Assembly: GCA_965204675.1 (NCBI GenBank)
Contig: OZ242003.1
Span: 3,392,375-3,456,374, forward strand
DNA: 64,000 nucleotides
Direction of reading: 5' to 3'
Source of the DNA: Vicinamibacterales bacterium
Lineage (GTDB): Bacteria; Acidobacteriota; Vicinamibacteria; Vicinamibacterales; UBA8438
This document shows, in pieces, positions 61,990 to 64,000 of the stretch. The notes below the pieces were generated by a model. The model was not told the origin of the DNA. It saw only the letters and a list, made by a program, of their open reading frames with translations, and did not search any database. Every line of letters begins with the position of its first letter. The stretch's first letter is position 1. The position numbers and the translations under genes were made by a program.

Positions 61990-63633
61990 TTATCCCGTGA
62001 TCTCCCGCGTCACCGCCGTCGAGCCGGCCGCGCCGCTCGCCCAGCCGCCGACCACCGCCGAGAACTTCCCGGCGGTGCCGCCGGCCACCACGATCAGGAT
62101 GTCGTCGTCGCGGCGGAACTTCGGCAGCGGCGTGTCCAGCGCCTCCGGCGTCGGCCGGCCGTCCGGCCCGAGGAGCTCAGGCGGCAGGGCGCCGGGGACC
62201 ATGCCCTTCCGGCACTCGTCGTCGGGCAGCAGCTCGCGCAGTGGCCTCGCCGTCACCTCCTGGATGCGGGCCCGCAGGTCCGCCTTGGTGTAGCCGTCGC
62301 GCGCGAACGTCCTCGCGTGCTCGGGGCTCACCACCAGCAGCACCTCGCCCATGCGGTGCAGCCGGGGATGGGCCACCGTCTCCATGCACCAGCCCATGCT
62401 GGCCCCGAGCGACCGCGCCGTCCGCGAGAGCTGGTCGCGGATGGCCCGCGGCCCCTCGCCCGCGAAGACGGTGACGGTGCTCGCCTCGGCCGGGAACCCA
62501 CGCTCGACGTGCAGCGGCTCCCAGCCGCTGACCTCCTCGTGCTCGCCGATGCAGCAGGTGAACTTGCCCGGCTGCCCGAGGGTCGACATGTCGACCTCGC
62601 CGGGCCGTCCTCCCCCGACGTTGCGCACCAGGAGCTGCAGCGCCCGTCCGATGGTGGCGTTGGCCCGGAACCCCTGGCCGAAGACGTTGCCGCCGCAGTT
62701 CAGGCCGATGCGCTGGCGGATCGGACCGTTGACGACGATGACCGGGGTCGCGAAGTAGGTGGTGGCCAGAACGCCGTGCAGGTTGAACGTGTCGGTGCAC
62801 GCGGCCTCGGCGGCGGCGATGACCACCGGCAGGTACTCGGGCCGGCAGCCGGCCATGACCGCGTTGATGGCGACCTTCTCGACCGTGGCGGGGGCGAGGT
62901 TCGGGGGCACGTGGGCGACGACGTCGGACGCCGGCCGGCTCGTGCCCTCGAGCATCCGCAGCACCCGGTCCTCGGTCGGGGGCACCACCGGCAGCCCGTC
63001 GCCGAGCCCCTGCGCCGCCATGAACTCGAACGGATCGTCGTCGACGGGGATGCGCACCCGCCTCGCCCCGAGCGTCGCCGCGCCCCGTCGCACCGCGAGG
63101 CGCCGGGCCACCTCGGGGTCGTGGATCTTCGACCCGCACCCCGGGCGATGATCAGGCAGGCCGTCCTCGTCGCGGACGATCTCGGGCGCGTCGACCCCGC
63201 AGGCTTGCGCCGCCTCGCCTATCAGCGCGAGCAGGTCCTGCTTGGCGAACCCCTCGAAGCTGCGGCGGACCCGGCGGGCCCCGCCGGCCAGCACCAGGGC
63301 CGGCACCGCGTCGAACCCGTAGTCGGCCGACACCGCGAGGTCGGCGTCGAGGGCGACGTCGAAGCTCAGGCCGTGCCGCTCCACGAAGCCGGCGGTGTCG
63401 GCGTCGGGGTCCTGCGACACCCCCGCGACCCGCAGGCCGTGCGGTCCGAGGGCGCGGTGGATCCGTTCGACGAGCGGCGCCGTCAGCTCGCACGTCGCGC
63501 AGTCGTGCTTGAAGAAGAAGAGCAGGGTGGCCCCGGGCGCGTCGCCGTCGCCGTCGAACGCGAGAGGGCCGCCCTGCCGGTCGGTCAGCGAGAACGCCGG
63601 CGCCTCGGCGCCGGCCGCGGGCAGGTCGGACAT
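61990..63633 (-). CDS. Thioredoxin-fold (AhpC/TSA-like, CxxC) domain fused to a large uncharacterised C-terminal domain
   Basis: APAFSLTD...LLFFFKHDCATCE, then ~400 aa of conserved-looking sequence (GLGDGLPVVPPTEDRV, NAVMAGCRPEYLPV, VVNGPIR). ATG at 63633. Confidence 0.65.
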   Translation of the reverse strand: MSDLPAAGAEAPAFSLTDRQGGPLAFDGDGDAPGATLLFFFKHDCATCELTAPLVERIHRALGPHGLRVAGVSQDPDADTAGFVERHGLSFDVALDADLAVSADYGFDAVPALVLAGGARRVRRSFEGFAKQDLLALIGEAAQACGVDAPEIVRDEDGLPDHRPGCGSKIHDPEVARRLAVRRGAATLGARRVRIPVDDDPFEFMAAQGLGDGLPVVPPTEDRVLRMLEGTSRPASDVVAHVPPNLAPATVEKVAINAVMAGCRPEYLPVVIAAAEAACTDTFNLHGVLATTYFATPVIVVNGPIRQRIGLNCGGNVFGQGFRANATIGRALQLLVRNVGGGRPGEVDMSTLGQPGKFTCCIGEHEEVSGWEPLHVERGFPAEASTVTVFAGEGPRAIRDQLSRTARSLGASMGWCMETVAHPRLHRMGEVLLVVSPEHARTFARDGYTKADLRARIQEVTARPLRELLPDDECRKGMVPGALPPELLGPDGRPTPEALDTPLPKFRRDDDILIVVAGGTAGKFSAVVGGWASGAAGSTAVTREITG

Positions 63634-63777
63634 GGCGGAGAGTTTACCCCGATGCGGCGCTCGCGGCCCCGGCGGCGTCCGCGGGGCGCCTCCGCGGCCG
63701 GCTGGAGTACCATGTTCGCGCTGGTCGGACGGTGCGTTCAGGGTGGGAGGGTTCCCGCCCACCGCCGCAGGGGAAGC

Positions 63778-64000
63778 ATGAGCCGAGACGTCTTGCTGTC
63801 GATGATGCTGGTGGCCGCGACGGGCCTGATGGTGGGGTGCGGCTCCGTCGGCTCCCTCAATCCCTTCTCGCCCGACGAGGAGGACCTGCAGCCGTCGTTC
63901 GCGGAGTTCGTTTCCGACCAGACGTGGACGGTCGGCGTCGCCATCCACATGTCGCTGCCCGCCGCGACCGGCGGGAACCCGCCCCTGACCTACCGCCTCT
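63778..64000 (+). CDS. Lipoprotein, 3' end outside window (Ig/cadherin-like GG.PPLTY motif)
   Basis: ATG at 63778, lipobox LMVGC, and the frame stays open to the window end. Confidence 0.55.
   Translation, partial: MSRDVLLSMMLVAATGLMVGCGSVGSLNPFSPDEEDLQPSFAEFVSDQTWTVGVAIHMSLPAATGGNPPLTYRL

Noticed and set aside
1-64000. tRNA, rRNA or other structured RNA genes
   Set aside because: No cloverleaf-like or rRNA-like segments were noticed by eye. The only convincing RNA structures are the SECIS-like hairpin and the repeat-element hairpins. A covariance-model scan would be needed to exclude small RNAs.

Overview
High-GC (~70%) bacterial chromosomal fragment. The PadR regulator paired with a duplicated FtsX-type 'ADOP' permease, and the many secreted PQQ/cytochrome c proteins, suggest Acidobacteriota-like ancestry; that is inference only. 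Most long ORFs in the six-frame track are Arg/Pro/Gly-rich shadow frames. I kept about 50 ORFs that have recognisable motifs or signal peptides.

Layout:
- 1-6.1 kb: periplasmic redox proteins.
- 6.1-18.7 kb, minus strand: a nine-gene translationally coupled lipid operon. It mixes archaeal-type enzymes (short UbiA-like, CarS-like, CDP-alcohol transferase) with Elb-like ether-lipid enzymes (FAAL, ACP-thioester reductase, PlsC). It also has two phosphotransferases, a methyltransferase and a desaturase. This is my best candidate for an undescribed system.
- 18.8-31.8 kb: winged-helix/TPR regulator, two PQQ dehydrogenases, hydrolase, PadR-ADOP-TolC.
- 31.8-33.8 kb: hicAB plus a ParA-like ATPase.
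- 33.9-38.1 kb: secreted NHL, heme-toroid and DUF1800 proteins.
- 38.1-44.3 kb: an insertion bounded by a duplicated DUF1800 3' fragment. It carries a DUF4143 ATPase and a 1357-aa zinc-ribbon/Vsr-like/RecQ-like helicase.
- 44.3-48.2 kb: a brnTA module whose toxin gene is split by a complete 3342-bp IS21-family element with a 7-bp target duplication.
- 48.3-55.4 kb: a lexA-imuA-imuB-dnaE2 SOS mutagenesis cassette.
- 55.5-64 kb: ECF sigma/anti-sigma/DUF4097, a solute symporter, a TGA-recoded UGSC-type selenoprotein candidate with a SECIS-like hairpin, and a thioredoxin-fusion protein.

Two sequence-level phenomena recur. First, a ~85-nt hairpin-containing repeat family sits inside coding sequences without breaking the frame (imuB x3, dnaE2, the reductase gene) and supplies the stop codon of the symporter. 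Second, tandem duplications of overlapping stop/start gene junctions occur four times, each creating a small bridging ORF.

No rRNA, tRNA or CRISPR array was seen.
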